Of a DNA stretch of 64,000 nt, positions 13,301-24,000 are shown one piece after another. The number at the start of each line of letters is the position of its first letter. Position 1 is the stretch's first letter. The stretch is from assembly GCA_965153285.1 (NCBI GenBank), contig OZ229115.1; one strand, 5' to 3'. The notes below the pieces were generated by a model that saw only the letters and a program-made list of their open reading frames with translations, made no database searches and was not told the origin of the DNA. This stretch comes from Podarcis tiliguerta. Its lineage: Eukaryota. The position numbers were made by a program, and so were the translations under genes.

Positions 13301-14083
13301 GTCCAACCTCTGCTTAAAAGCCTCCAGTTCCACTGTTGAACAGAAACTTATTCCTGATGTTTAGTCGGAATCTCCTTTCTCGTAACTGGAACCCACTGGG
13401 TCGGGTTCTACCCTCTGGATTAGAAGAAAACAAGCTTGCTCCATCTTCCATGTGACAGCCCTTTAGATAGTTGGGGGATGGTTAGCAAATTGGCGAACAT
13501 CAAAGAAATACTTCTTCGGATTGATCCACAGAATAAAGTAGAACAGCCCCACCGCTAATGCACTATTATTGTGTCAATCGCCCTAAAAGACCCCTCTGGG
13601 AGGCACCAAGGTCTTCCCCATGCGTGCTTCCTCGGGAGTAAGAAAGGCCGCCTGGCAGAGAAAGCCCCCGTGCGATGTTGGGCAGGCCAATTGGCTCTGC
13701 CGACGGAGGCAGCTGAGTGGGACGCGGCGGGCGGCGCGCAACGCCTCGCAGCTGAGGAGGACGGACACCTCGGCGCCACCTGGCGGGCTGCGGGGGGACA
13801 TCCGCGTTTACCTCAGGCGCCTCTAAAGACCCGCCCACTCGCGCGCCGCGTTTTGCGAAGCCTCTCTAAGCTCGAGGAGAGAGGGGGGAAGGCGAGCGGG
13901 CGGGAGGCGAAGGGGCAGGTGGCGGGGAGAAAGGGAGACTCAGCGGTCGCTAGAGGCCGCTAGAGGCTCCGTCGTCACTCGCCTGCCTTCCTCGTACTCA
14001 CCCACCAGTCCCTGAGGCAGCAGCAACAGCATCGACAAACCCAAGAGCCGGCGAGTCCGCAGAAGCCCCAACAGCCGCAGCAT
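1259..14083 (-). CDS. Paralog A: multi-exon RCA-family (CD46/CREM-like) sushi-domain type-I membrane protein; ~404 aa if the degenerate 10099-10260 exon is skipped
   Basis: Exons 14002-14083 (signal), 11320-11502, [10099-10260], 9413-9595, 7603-7794, 5892-6083, 4004-4030, 2830-2896, 1385-1625, 1259-1306 join in frame with GT-AG sites; CCP exons are phase 1-1 with the C..C..C..W..C pattern. Confidence 0.88.
1385..1625 (-). CDS. Paralog A cytoplasmic exon (SLMVKREQERSATKEGILLP...SESNW)
   Basis: NAGNAG acceptor CCCCAG|CAG in frame with the phase-2 donor; open frame; homologous to the paralog C tail ([10 protein letters not shown]); GTAGAT donor. Confidence 0.65.
2366..2721 (-). mobile_element. 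Full-length Sauria SINE
   Basis: tRNA-like A/B boxes (TGGCGCTGTGG, GGTTCAAATCC), (ACCTTT)n tail, 12-bp TSD GTGTTTCCTCTA at 2354-2365 and 2722-2733. Confidence 0.92.
2830..2896 (-). CDS. Paralog A TM/juxtamembrane exon (ACIMPVVVVASKMVHRKCCSQE)
   Basis: Polypyrimidine-TAG acceptor, phase-2 GTAATT donor; hydrophobic run then basic stop-transfer residues. Confidence 0.85.
3481..3617. mobile_element. Short non-autonomous DNA transposon (hAT-like MITE); copies at 37686-37820 (inverted) and 45981-46117
   Basis: Three dispersed ~135-bp copies with CAG...CTG-type ends. Confidence 0.6.
4004..4030 (-). CDS. Paralog A 27-nt TM micro-exon (S-IFLRLLIA)
   Basis: CTCTTTTCTAG acceptor, GTATGT donor; conserved at 20225-20251 and 43537-43563. 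Confidence 0.85.
4210..4800 (-). mobile_element. L1/Tx1-like LINE 3' fragment with a nested TAGGGTTGCCA-ended MITE (4632-4723)
   Basis: A-rich 3' tail-like sequence; inverted termini TAGGGTTGCCATAT...ATATGGCACCCCTA. Confidence 0.5.
4805..5690 (-). mobile_element. CR1 LINE fragment (RT C-terminus)
   Basis: ORF 5241-5642: FASDT...LQQDL..L..W...WQMQFNVNK...KKANSILG, typical of CR1 ORF2. Confidence 0.88.
5892..6083 (-). CDS. Paralog A membrane-proximal SCR-like exon with only 2 Cys
   Basis: KTSPD...NGRI...YTPGDEISIQCNAGYTLFG...KWSPYIPVCKL; TTTCAG acceptor, GTAAGT donor, 192 nt. Confidence 0.9.
6676..7010 (-). mobile_element. Sauria SINE, 5'-truncated
   Basis: Colinear similarity to 2366-2721, ACCTTTA tail. 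Confidence 0.85.
7603..7794 (-). CDS. Paralog A CCP exon (TPHICGAPVVSKG...YCNQNYSF...QCQGYNQWDPSILLCL)
   Basis: Four Cys plus Trp, TTACAG acceptor, GTATGT donor, 192 nt. Confidence 0.92.
8968..9213. mobile_element. Tc1/mariner (Tigger-like) MITE
   Basis: TIRs CAGTAGTGCCCCGCAAGACGAA / TTCGTCTTGTGGGGCACCACTG, TA TSD; related copy at 57338-57705. Confidence 0.85.
9413..9595 (-). CDS. Paralog A CCP exon (VMCENPRVQNG...ECKTGYFMIG...CEKNGTWVPKVPSCKK)
   Basis: Canonical sushi consensus, TTCAG acceptor, GTAAGA donor, 183 nt. Confidence 0.92.
10099..10275 (-). pseudogene. Paralog A degenerate CCP exon (equivalent to paralog C 53072-53263)
   Basis: Translates ISCAVPPDILGGSHNRTGIVIQYHC...WRGKPPKCT, but the ancestral acceptor AG reads AT at 10276-10277; the in-frame cryptic acceptor (start 10260) removes Cys1; weak GTCATT donor; internal deletion versus paralogs. 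Confidence 0.75.
10440..10955 (-). mobile_element. L2-type LINE fragment
   Basis: Translates HTLVISHLDY.N...GL...KL, an L2 RT C-terminal motif. Confidence 0.7.
11320..11502 (-). CDS. Paralog A CCP-1 exon (VCGEACNMDDLPNFTF...YQCKDG...YCRDGSWTELEEPCK)
   Basis: TTTTTAAAG acceptor, GTATGT donor, 183 nt, sushi Cys/Trp pattern. Confidence 0.85.
13200..13480 (-). mobile_element. CR1 3' end
   Basis: ATTCTATG terminal repeat on the minus strand plus TTGGACTAGATGACC motif. Confidence 0.8.
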
Positions 14084-14240
14084 AACGCCGAGCTGAGAAA
14101 GCGGCGGCGAAAGCCGAGTACCTCAGCTGCGCATGCGAGGTGGGGAGCGGGGAAGGACGTTGGGAGGGAGCTGCGTGGCCGCAGGGAGGCGCGCGCCGAA
14201 CGCTGCTCCGCTCGTGCTACCGGCATTTCTGCTTGGCGTT
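13555..14240. promoter_or_regulatory. CpG island/promoter spanning paralog A exon 1
   Basis: Abrupt GC- and CpG-rich segment in an AT-rich background; GGGCGG box and CCAATTGG motif. Confidence 0.8.
14002..14083 (-). CDS. Paralog A exon 1, signal peptide MLRLLGLLRTRRLLGLSMLLLLPQGLV-G
   Basis: ATG at 14083, basic then Leu-rich segment, phase-1 donor G|GTGAGT, inside a CpG island. Confidence 0.85.
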
Positions 14241-17200
14241 AGAGAGGAAACAGGCTTCCAGTTCTTGGGTTTTGCCGTGGCTCTGGAAAAAAATAGAAGC
14301 AAAGATTCTCACATTGAAGCATCGTTGTGTGTGGGAAACGTGGTTGTCTTGGTTTTGTTGGTGTGTTTTTTTTACAGAGTTTTGAAACATTTTAAATAAT
14401 TCCTTACCAGTGCAAACACAATGCATAATTTTATCGCGCTGTTTGTGGGGCAGGAGGCAAACCTCTCTGGCTGACAGGCGGCAGGTTATGACAGGACATC
14501 CGAAGTAATCCAAGGTTGTTATTCCAATGTTGCTTCTCCCTAGTGTTGTCTTCTTATCCCGGAATAGTAAAATATATTCCTTGGTCACATTTGCCAGGCT
14601 CCATTCATTTTGGTATTGAGACACTTAGAAACCTTGAGCATTTCAAAATTGAAATTCTATCTCAATTTTGAGATATAATGGAATATCTGTTTTATGAGTG
14701 TCTTAGTTAGGCAGACTGACTATACTGTAACTAGAAAAGCAGGCTATACATATTGTGGGAGAGAGGCTGAGGAAGAATAACGCTTACACCCAGTGTAGGT
14801 TTATTTATTATGTATTTACTAATTTGTTTTTGCAACCATAGCCACACATGTACAACAGGGATTGTTAAAAGTGGTGCCATTTCCCATACCTATTCCGCTG
14901 TGAACTCTTGGATGTATGCTATGAAATTATTTGGTTCATTACAGTTGTTTTCTGTGTAACAGTAGAAGCAACAAGAAATAAGAAGAACATGAAGCAGATG
15001 AATGTAGTTCAATAGATGATTCAACCATACAGGAGCAAGTTACTATAAAGATAGCTATGTGCTACCTCACAGCATACCCCTAAATCTATTACAATCCTGT
15101 GAGCAACATTTGCAGAATTATGGCTGCCTGCACACATATTTGATGCAGTCGCCGATAATTAGTTGCAGACTTCTTTGCTGAGCGCCTGAGGGCCCCAGTC
15201 CTGCCACTCACCACCTGGCCTAGGGTGGGCACTGATGAGCTCTATAAAGGGCTGCTGCCGCCGCTGCTGCTGCTGGGCAGAGAGGGCTCCACTTTGTTTT
15301 GTTTAAATTGCTGTTATTTTTTACCTATGTCATTTTAAACTGTGATACTAATGCTGTATTCTTAGTTTTAGATTTTGATATATGTCGAAATTGTTTTCCA
15401 TTTGGTTGTGTTATTTTTTTGATGTGGTTTATTTATTGTTTATGGCTTTTGTAATTATGTAAATCTTGTCATGTTGTAAGCCGCCTTGAGCATTATTTTT
15501 AACTGTGGAAAGGAGGCATACAAATAAAAAATGATGATGATGATAATTAGTTGTAAAATACATGGCCAAGAGGGGGTCATGTCTGGGCAGCCCTGGACCT
15601 CCATTCACATTGCCCTGGCTTGTGACCAAAGACATTCACAGACTCTCTTGGCAAGGAATTATATTGGTTCTCTGGCCCTCGTCCCTTGCACCTTGGCAAA
15701 TAGATGATGGCCGCCCAGAGCAGCAGAGGAGTGGCCCCAGAAGTGGGTGGGTGGGGAGGCTCCTACCCACTCCGACTCAGAATGAAGAGGCACAGTTTTT
15801 GCACTCTGCTGGGCCTGCGCCCTTCATGGGAGCCAACATAACTAACCCCTAGGTATGCCTTTGCTGGCACCCCAGAGAGGTTACTTTGGTGCTGCTAACG
15901 CAGCAAAAACAATGAGGGAGACATACAGCCACAGCAGGCATGGTAATTCCAATGGTTTGACCTCACCCCTGAAGGCACACTCTTCCATTTTCTCCCTAGA
16001 CAGACAGATGCCAACCACATGGCCATATTTATCATCATACAGTTGCACCAGGGCCCAAGCCTGCAATGGGACCCAAACTCTGAGCTTTCGCTTAAAAAGA
16101 ATAAGTCTCTGGCCCTAACAGGAGGAAAGCTATAAGGCAAAATGTGCAGCAACCCTTCTAAGCCATTTCTTTGAGGTAAACCAGTCTGCACCTGCCTTCC
16201 TGCAATGAGTAAAATCACAGTGAGTGCTAAGTCAAGTCTGAAATGTGATTGTTGAGTGAGTTATTGGACACAAGGCTGGGGTCATAATGAGCTGCTGTTT
16301 TCTCCCCTTTAGTGCTCTTTTCAGCTTCTGCCAGATTTTCTAATAATCCTTAGAATCTCCAAAATACCTACTAGATTCTCCCTTTGCCCTTCCTTTCTTC
16401 CTAACAACCAAGATGTATCTTTCCTCTTGTTTCAAACATGGGGCCACTACAGTGGTTAAGAAGGAGCTGAGGGAAAACAGGGCATACTGTTTGATAAGGT
16501 GAGCTGAAGGGAAATCTCAACTGCATCTCAACTGCAATCAGATCTAGCGAGCATGACCAATCCTCAGGGATTATGGGATTTGCAGTCCCAAAGTATTTGA
16601 GGGGCATGAAGTTAGGGGAACCTATCCTAGAAGGTTCCAAATGCTACCCTATGCAGACACAGAACCCATATGAAGGACTGCACAGAGATCACAAAGAATT
16701 CTTGAGTACAGATACTGTGGACAAAAATGGGAATGGATAAGATCATCATACTATGTTTCTGAGCCAGCTGCTCCTAGAGATAAAATGCTGGAGTTCAGGG
16801 ATCTCAGGAATGCAGTTTTTATGTCCTTATCAGAGACTGTAAGTGAAGAATGCAAATTATTCAGCTTTATGATATATTTGCATGAAGGAATTCCTAAATT
16901 TAAGAAAGAGGTGAATATAAAAAAATGTAGACAATATGTAAACCAAGGGAACTATGTCAGCAACCTCAGCTTTCGATTTGCATAAAAAAAGAGTTAAAGG
17001 GTGCTTAACTTTCCCCAAAGCCTGCTGCTTCTCAGCTTCATATCTGTTCCTATTTCACACGTGTTCACTTTTTAGGCCTGTTTTAAAGAATTAGTGCGCA
17101 AGGGAATCCACTTCTTTCCTTCCTTCTCCTAAAATACCCCTTCTGAAGTAGTCTTTTTCTTTTAAATAATGTTGGTGAGGATTTAACTATGTGCAACTGC

Positions 17201-18009
17201 ATCTAAGTTTCCATAGAATCTGAACCAGGCACTTACCTTTACCTGAGTAAATTAGGTTTAAAAGATACTGTAATTTGTGAACTGTCATACTTCCTTGCAT
17301 GTGTGTTTTTACTAAATGACAAGAATAAGGCACTATTAGCAAAAGATTAAAAAAGTAGGTTTTAAAGAAACAATAGGTGGACACATTTTAAAGGAAGAAA
17401 AGTAGATCAAACTGAACAGTGTTTCACTGATACTGTTATTTTATTTTTAAGGTGATTATTGCCCTAGATTCAAAATCTTGCAATTTCAGAAGGGACTATT
17501 GCATAGTATGTGCCTTTGTTGCTTTCTTCATAAAACTACATGTTGTAGTATATACCTGTCAGGAATATTATGCTCAATCAGCAGGAGAAAGGGGCAGTTC
17601 ACACAAAGGTTTACTGTGGGATGCAGCACTATGAGAGCCTACCTGTACAGTTGGTACAGTGGTTTTTGCTGAGCTCCTCAACAGAGTTCTGACTGTCCTG
17701 TAACATGTAAGTAAAGGGCCAAAAAAGGGGAAGGAAAGATGGGTCAAAAGAAGGAGAAGGAAAAGAAAGAGAATAATAAAATGATTCTACCCAGTTGCCT
17801 CCACTGATTGGCTCTTCATGTTGTGAATATTATGTGAAATCTGCCTCATACACTGTCCCTTGGCTCTGTTACTGAAAACTACCCACTGGAGAAGACTGGT
17901 TTGGTTTTCCTCCAGACGTCTGCTTTCTATCTGGTATTCTTGCTCTGTTTCTGCCTCTCCTTTATTTCCTGCTACTGCCCAAGTGACAACATTAGTGACT
18001 TCTGTGACT

Positions 18010-18043
18010 TCATTCATATGCCACGTTGTTCTCTTTTGGTAGC
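18010..18043 (-). CDS. Paralog B short cytoplasmic end (RLPKENNVAYE*)
   Basis: TTCTCCGACAG acceptor homologous to paralog C 40737; frame shifted relative to A and C; exon runs on to a donor at 17790. Confidence 0.55.
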
Positions 18044-21000
18044 CTGTCGGAGAACAGAAGTGGCAGAGTAAATTTGATTAAGTCTTGGGATTATTATTTT
18101 TTAAATCACCTGGCATCAAAATTATATCAATGAACACGTCAGCTAAGCCTTCATTCTGGAGAAAATCCTTTCTCCAGTATCCATGAGACCTCAGATAGTG
18201 ATGAAACTCAGAAAAACGCCTCCACTTCAGAAATTTGTGTATGGACAGGACCATGTACAGACAGGATCATCCTTTTGTACCTGGTCCCAAGATGTGAACA
18301 AGCTTAAAACAATTTGGAATTGTGTGTAGAAATGGGCTTGGAGGCATTGCAGTTTCTGAAGCACTGTAGGGTGAGAAACTGCTAGCTATTCTAGCTGGGC
18401 CTGATAGGACTTGAAGTCTATAAACATTTGGAGGACCAAAGTTTCCACACTCCAAAGGTGTTATGTACTGAAGTTCTCACCCTGGGCCAGCAGGGGGATA
18501 CTGTAGATAGTTATGCAAATGAAGGATCGAAAGTGACATTCAGTGATTGGATAGTTTGTATGCAAATGAAGGATCGAAAGTGACGTTCAGTGATTGGATA
18601 GTTTTAGAAAATGGCAACAGTTACATTGTTCTGTAGCTCTATATAAGCAGGCTGACTGAGCTCCTCAGTTCAGTTCTGTTCCAGCTTACAAATAAAGAGC
18701 TGCTTTGGAAGAATCGCTGTGTCGTCTGATATGTTTGCCCACAACTTAACAAAAGGAACAACCAGTGACAATGCTGAAACAAGGGGCAACCCCAGCCTGC
18801 AACCAGGAGCCATGTGTCCCATTTCGCCACTTGAGGTGCAATAAGAAGTGCTGCCTGACCTCCTGCCGGTGGAAAAACAGCACCAGCATTGGCACCAATT
18901 GGCTTCACCATGCCTCATGTGTGGGCTGGGCAACCCCATTCAGAACAGAGTGAACACCAATGCCTAGGTAGATGAAGCATTCAGATACTGTAACTTGACC
19001 TTGTCTGGATATTCAGCAAAAAAGGGAAAATTAATACATTTTTGTTAACAATATTTGGTAGCTCTGGTTTAATAAAAAAAGTATATTGCATTTCCTTTAA
19101 AATTTCAAAACAGCCCCCATAGCAAGGTTGTGAGAATATCAATTTATTATCTACAAGGAGAGTATATTTATTTAGATAAAATGTTGGGGACCTTAGAAAT
19201 GCAAAACAGAAAGGAAAATAGGAGTTTGGTGATAAGAAAACTTTTACCTTGATTGTGAACATTTCCTATAAGCCCATTTAAGTGTCAGGATCAATACAGG
19301 TAATATGCTTGCTAAAAAAGAAGAAGAAACACACACCACCATTCTAGTAAAAAACCCCCACAAAAGGTCAATAAAACTGATGCATAATTAAAAACAGCAT
19401 AGAAAATGCTCTGCAAATATTACTAATAAACATTTCACACTTGAATGTACTTAACAATAAAATACGTTAAACTGTCATTTTGGTGGTCACAAGTCATTCT
19501 AAGACCAAACCACTTATTATTAGGGTGTAAAGACGGGTGATTTGTTGTCTTTGTTGTTTTGTTATGGGAACCTATCTGAAATAACTATGATGCCAAAATT
19601 CTAAAATTACAGTTTCACAGACAGGATTATTATGAAAATGATTCTACCTCTTGGAATGTTAAGGTAAAACTTGCCAGCAAATTTATTTGGATTGCTTCCA
19701 TAGGGGGGAAATATGAACTGTACTTGGAAGTAAACTCCACTGAGTTTAAAGATGTATCTCAACCCACAGACAAATGATGAGCAAAGATTTGAGCATTGAT
19801 GCCAAGCTTTGGAAATATGAAAAATTGTGCACACTACTGGTGCTTTGTAAATGTTTGGAATAAAATGTGTGTGTGTTTGTATGTAAACACACACAAACAG
19901 TCCTTGAATAATCCAGAGTCAGTGCAACAAAAAGAAACTCCCATTTAGGAAAAAAAATAGGGAAAACATCTAGAATCATCAACTGACTTTAAGCACTTTT
20001 AAGGCCCAATTTCTTAAATCTCTACAATGAAACTTCAAAATACTTATCTCTGGCTGCATAGTGCCTAGCTTTCTATGACCCCATAATATTATTGCCATTT
20101 TTCACATAGCAATGTTTTATACCATTTCATATTTTTTGCATATTAAATTGTATAAAATATCGGTATGTAAAAAACTATAATGCATCGCCATGTTTCCCCC
20201 ATTCATTTTCAAGAAATTACATACCAGCTATAAGTAGTCTCAGGAAAACACCTAGAAAAGAGGGGGAAATGGTTCTAATAAGCAAACGTCTCAAAATAAT
20301 ACCTTGTAAGACTAATTATAGAAAGGCTGCTCATTCGGACTGGCAGCCACATCTGAAATGGCTTATAAACTGAAGTACTGCAGCTCAAGGTGGATTTTGT
20401 ATCAGAGCTGGTGGATATGTTTACTTAAATCATTTTCACACACACATACACACACACCATATACCGTATTTTTCGCCCTATAGGACGCACTTTTCCCCCT
20501 CCAAAAATGAAGGGGAAATGTGTGTGCGTCCTATGGGGTGAATGCAGGCTTTTGCTTAGGCCTGGAGAGTGAGAGGGGTCAGTGCGCACCGACCCCTCTC
20601 GCTCTCCAGGCTTCAGGAAGCTATCTGCAAGCCTTGGGAGCCTGGGGGAGAGTTCCCGCGGGCTCCCAAGGCTTGCAGATAGCAGCCTGCATCCCGAAGC
20701 CTGGGGCGCACTGAGCAGCACGCCCCAGGCTTCGGGCAGATATCTGCAAGCCTGGGGAGCCTGGCGGGAACTCCCGCTGGGCTCCCCAGGCTTGCGGAGA
20801 GCTCCCCGAAGCCCGGGGTGTGCTCCATCTCAGGATAGCAGCTTGTTCTGAGGGCTGGGGTCGGGGGAAGCTCGGGGGGATTTTTTTCCCCCCTCTTTAT
20901 TCCCCCCCCCCCCAAAAAACCTAGGTGCGCCCTATGGGCCGGTGCACCGTATAGGGCGAAAAATACGGTATACTCGATGGGCACTTCAAAAATTAATACT

Positions 21001-24000
21001 ATATTAAGAAACCACATGGGTTTAAAAGAATAGATGTTGAGTTTACATGACTCAATCTCAAATCATAATTGTTTTTTGCTGTGGTAAGAACTTCCTTTTA
21101 AAATACTAAAGTTGCAAATATCTTTTTAAAATGAAATACTTGAGGATTATGCAAACCATTTAGATTCTCATAAACCGGAAACTTAATTTGTTTTGTTGCC
21201 TGTCAGCTATATCAGACAACTACTTCAGAAGCTTTTGAGAATGTATGTTGGGGTGGGAGAGGAAGTGCAGAAACTCTTGTTTGCTTTGCTGTCTGCCAAT
21301 CACATGGAGCAGTTGGCAGGCAGCTACTTGAGGGACTTCTTGAATATGTGTGCACAGTAGCAGGTTTTTGCCTTCTTAGTAGTGGCACCCATCCTGTGGA
21401 ATGCCCTCCCTTCAGATGTCAAGGAGATGAGTAACTATGTAACTTTTAGAAGACATCTGAATGCAGGCCTGTATAAAGAAGCCTTTTAACGTCTAATGTT
21501 TTATTATGTTTTAATATATGTTGGGAGGCGCCCACAGTAGCAGAGGCAACCCAGTCAGATGGGCGGGGTATAAATATCAAAATTGAAATGTGGAAGTGGG
21601 GTAAGAAGCAGCTGCTTGACATGGGCCTCAGGTGGATTTCTTGCTCTGAAACTGAAGAAAGCAAGGAAGCAGGTTTTGATTGTTGAATGAGGTTGGTTAA
21701 TTTGTATTTGTATGTTGACTCATCATTTTTAAATTTTAATTGTGGGTAGACCCTGGTTAAGAGACAAATGCCCAGTTCCATTTTCTTAAAAGAGCCTTCA
21801 TGAAGGTGTGCTGTGAAGTATAAAGCATTTCTTCAAATATCTGTAAATAGTTGCACCTCAACCGTTACCACTCTGAATGTGTTTTAGTCTGTAAATACCA
21901 TTTCTGATAATTTTATTGGGTCTTGGGGTTTGTGAGTGGACAATTCAGCCACTATCAAGACCCAATTCCACATATAACTGGATATTAAATTGTCATTTAA
22001 ACTAAATATCCATGCATACAAATATACATGTGTCAATACCCTAAAAGCATCAGTTTTAACTGAGTGCAAAATGTGTCACCATGGCTGCTGCATCATTAAT
22101 GAGTAACCATCTGAACACAGAATTTAGCCCAATGCAGTAGACATTCCTGATCTGGCTATCCATGCTGGATGGTAACGGTTGGGACTGTTAGGATATTTCC
22201 GTTCCACCTTAAAAGGGGACAGGCTGTTGTGAGTCACAGCCTGCGTATTTCCTGTTCACAGGAAGTTTCTGTTTTGTATATAGCTGTTGTTTCTCTCTGT
22301 GTGCCTTGACACGCAGGCAATCAGTTAGTCATGTTTTTCTTTGTTCTGACCGACGCTGAATAAAGTTGTAAATAATGCTCTCCTGAGTGCATCTTTCGTT
22401 GTGCGAACTCTGCGAAAGGGCGTGCACCAGTCCTTGGAATGTGGACAGATGTTTCAGAGGCTTGTGTTGCTAATTGTCTGATACTGTGTTTCTACGGGAG
22501 GTTGATGGATCGTCCGGAGTCGACGTGGGAGTATGATGGCCTTTGTCTCCCTGGCAGTATCCCAACAACAGGGACAACACTAGTTTCTATGTCATGTTTC
22601 AAATGACCACGTCAAAATTCTACATTCTGACTAAAGAGATAACACCTTGTGATCCAGCACCAGGAAATTGGGATGCAAAGAGCAGTGCCTGTTCAGAAGT
22701 GCCTAGCGCTGACAATTTACAATATAGCCTTCAGAGAAGGTTGTTTGCCCCTGAATATCACCTTTGGGGTGGGTAAATTCAGCTTGCAAGATCTTCAGAG
22801 AGACTGACTAGGTACTAAACAAATATTACCTGAAAGATGTTATAAAAGTAAGAGGCAGAATAAAAATTCTCAAAGACTTCTGGAAGCTTGACTACCCATG
22901 GACTAGTGGTGCCCAGGATTCATTCCATATCCACATTTTGCTCTAGAGGGTTGCAGTCCAGAGTTCTACAACCAAAAGTACTTCTACAGCATGGTTCTTC
23001 AAGAGGTTGTGAACACCAAGGGCCACTTTATGGATGTCAATGTCTGTGTTGTTGGGAGAAAACATGGTATAGATATCTTCCGGATGTCCTGCCCTTGCTG
23101 ACAAGCCAGAGGCTGGTCCAGTCTTCCCTTGCCTAGTGGTGCTTGTCAGTGATTTTTTCATGTGCCCCCTCAACTTCACCATTCAGGCATTCACCTTTAA
23201 ACTGTAGCTGATGTCTTCCTACAGGTCTACATGGATAGGCATGGACTGTACCTTCAGCTACTACCACAGTTCAGCTTGGCTGCCTGTGAAAAGGCTTTGG
23301 CCATTTAAAGTTAAGGTGGAGGTCCCTCTATACCTTGCTAGATATGGATATCATTGTTGTCTCCTGTATCCTGCTCAAAAGCTGCAAGACGGGGGTCGGT
23401 ATCCTTCTTGAGAAGCACCCTGATATGTCTAAGCTTGGAGATGAGATGGATGCTGTACCCATGGGCAGAGACCAGAATGTTAACACAGTTCCAGTTAACC
23501 GATGACAAGTATGCATGCATGTGTAAATAAAACCATATATGTTTTTGCAGGTACCACCATCTTAGAGGTATGCATTTGCACCCCCAAATCTCTCACCGGT
23601 CAGAGATTTAGCATTTATAACAGTATTTTCAGAAATATCATGCTTACTCAGAGCACAAGTTGGAATATTAGGCAACCATTGCTTCCCACCGATGTAATTA
23701 ATCTTAGGTGATCCGATCAAAATATAGCCAATATCACATTGAATAGTAACTTCATCTCCAATGTTGTAGTATTCTTTCTCCCCATAGATTATTCTTCCAT
23801 TACGGATAGAGAGTTCAGTAGTGTCTGGTGATGTTCTAGCTAAAAACAAAAAAAAACTATTAAAAATAATATAAAGCAGTACTAAACTGCACACAAAATA
23901 GGGGAAAAAATCATACTTGTGCAACTTGATTTTGTAAAATGCAGAATGTTCTATACAAAAAAAGTTAAGAAAACTTCCTGATATTATGTATAATATTGTG

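Noticed and set aside
13555-14400. Several overlapping GC-rich ORFs (also 33175-33854, 20425-21017, 25561-26671)
   Set aside because: Stop-poor CpG-island or MITE sequence; only the signal-peptide exon is supported by a splice site and frame continuity
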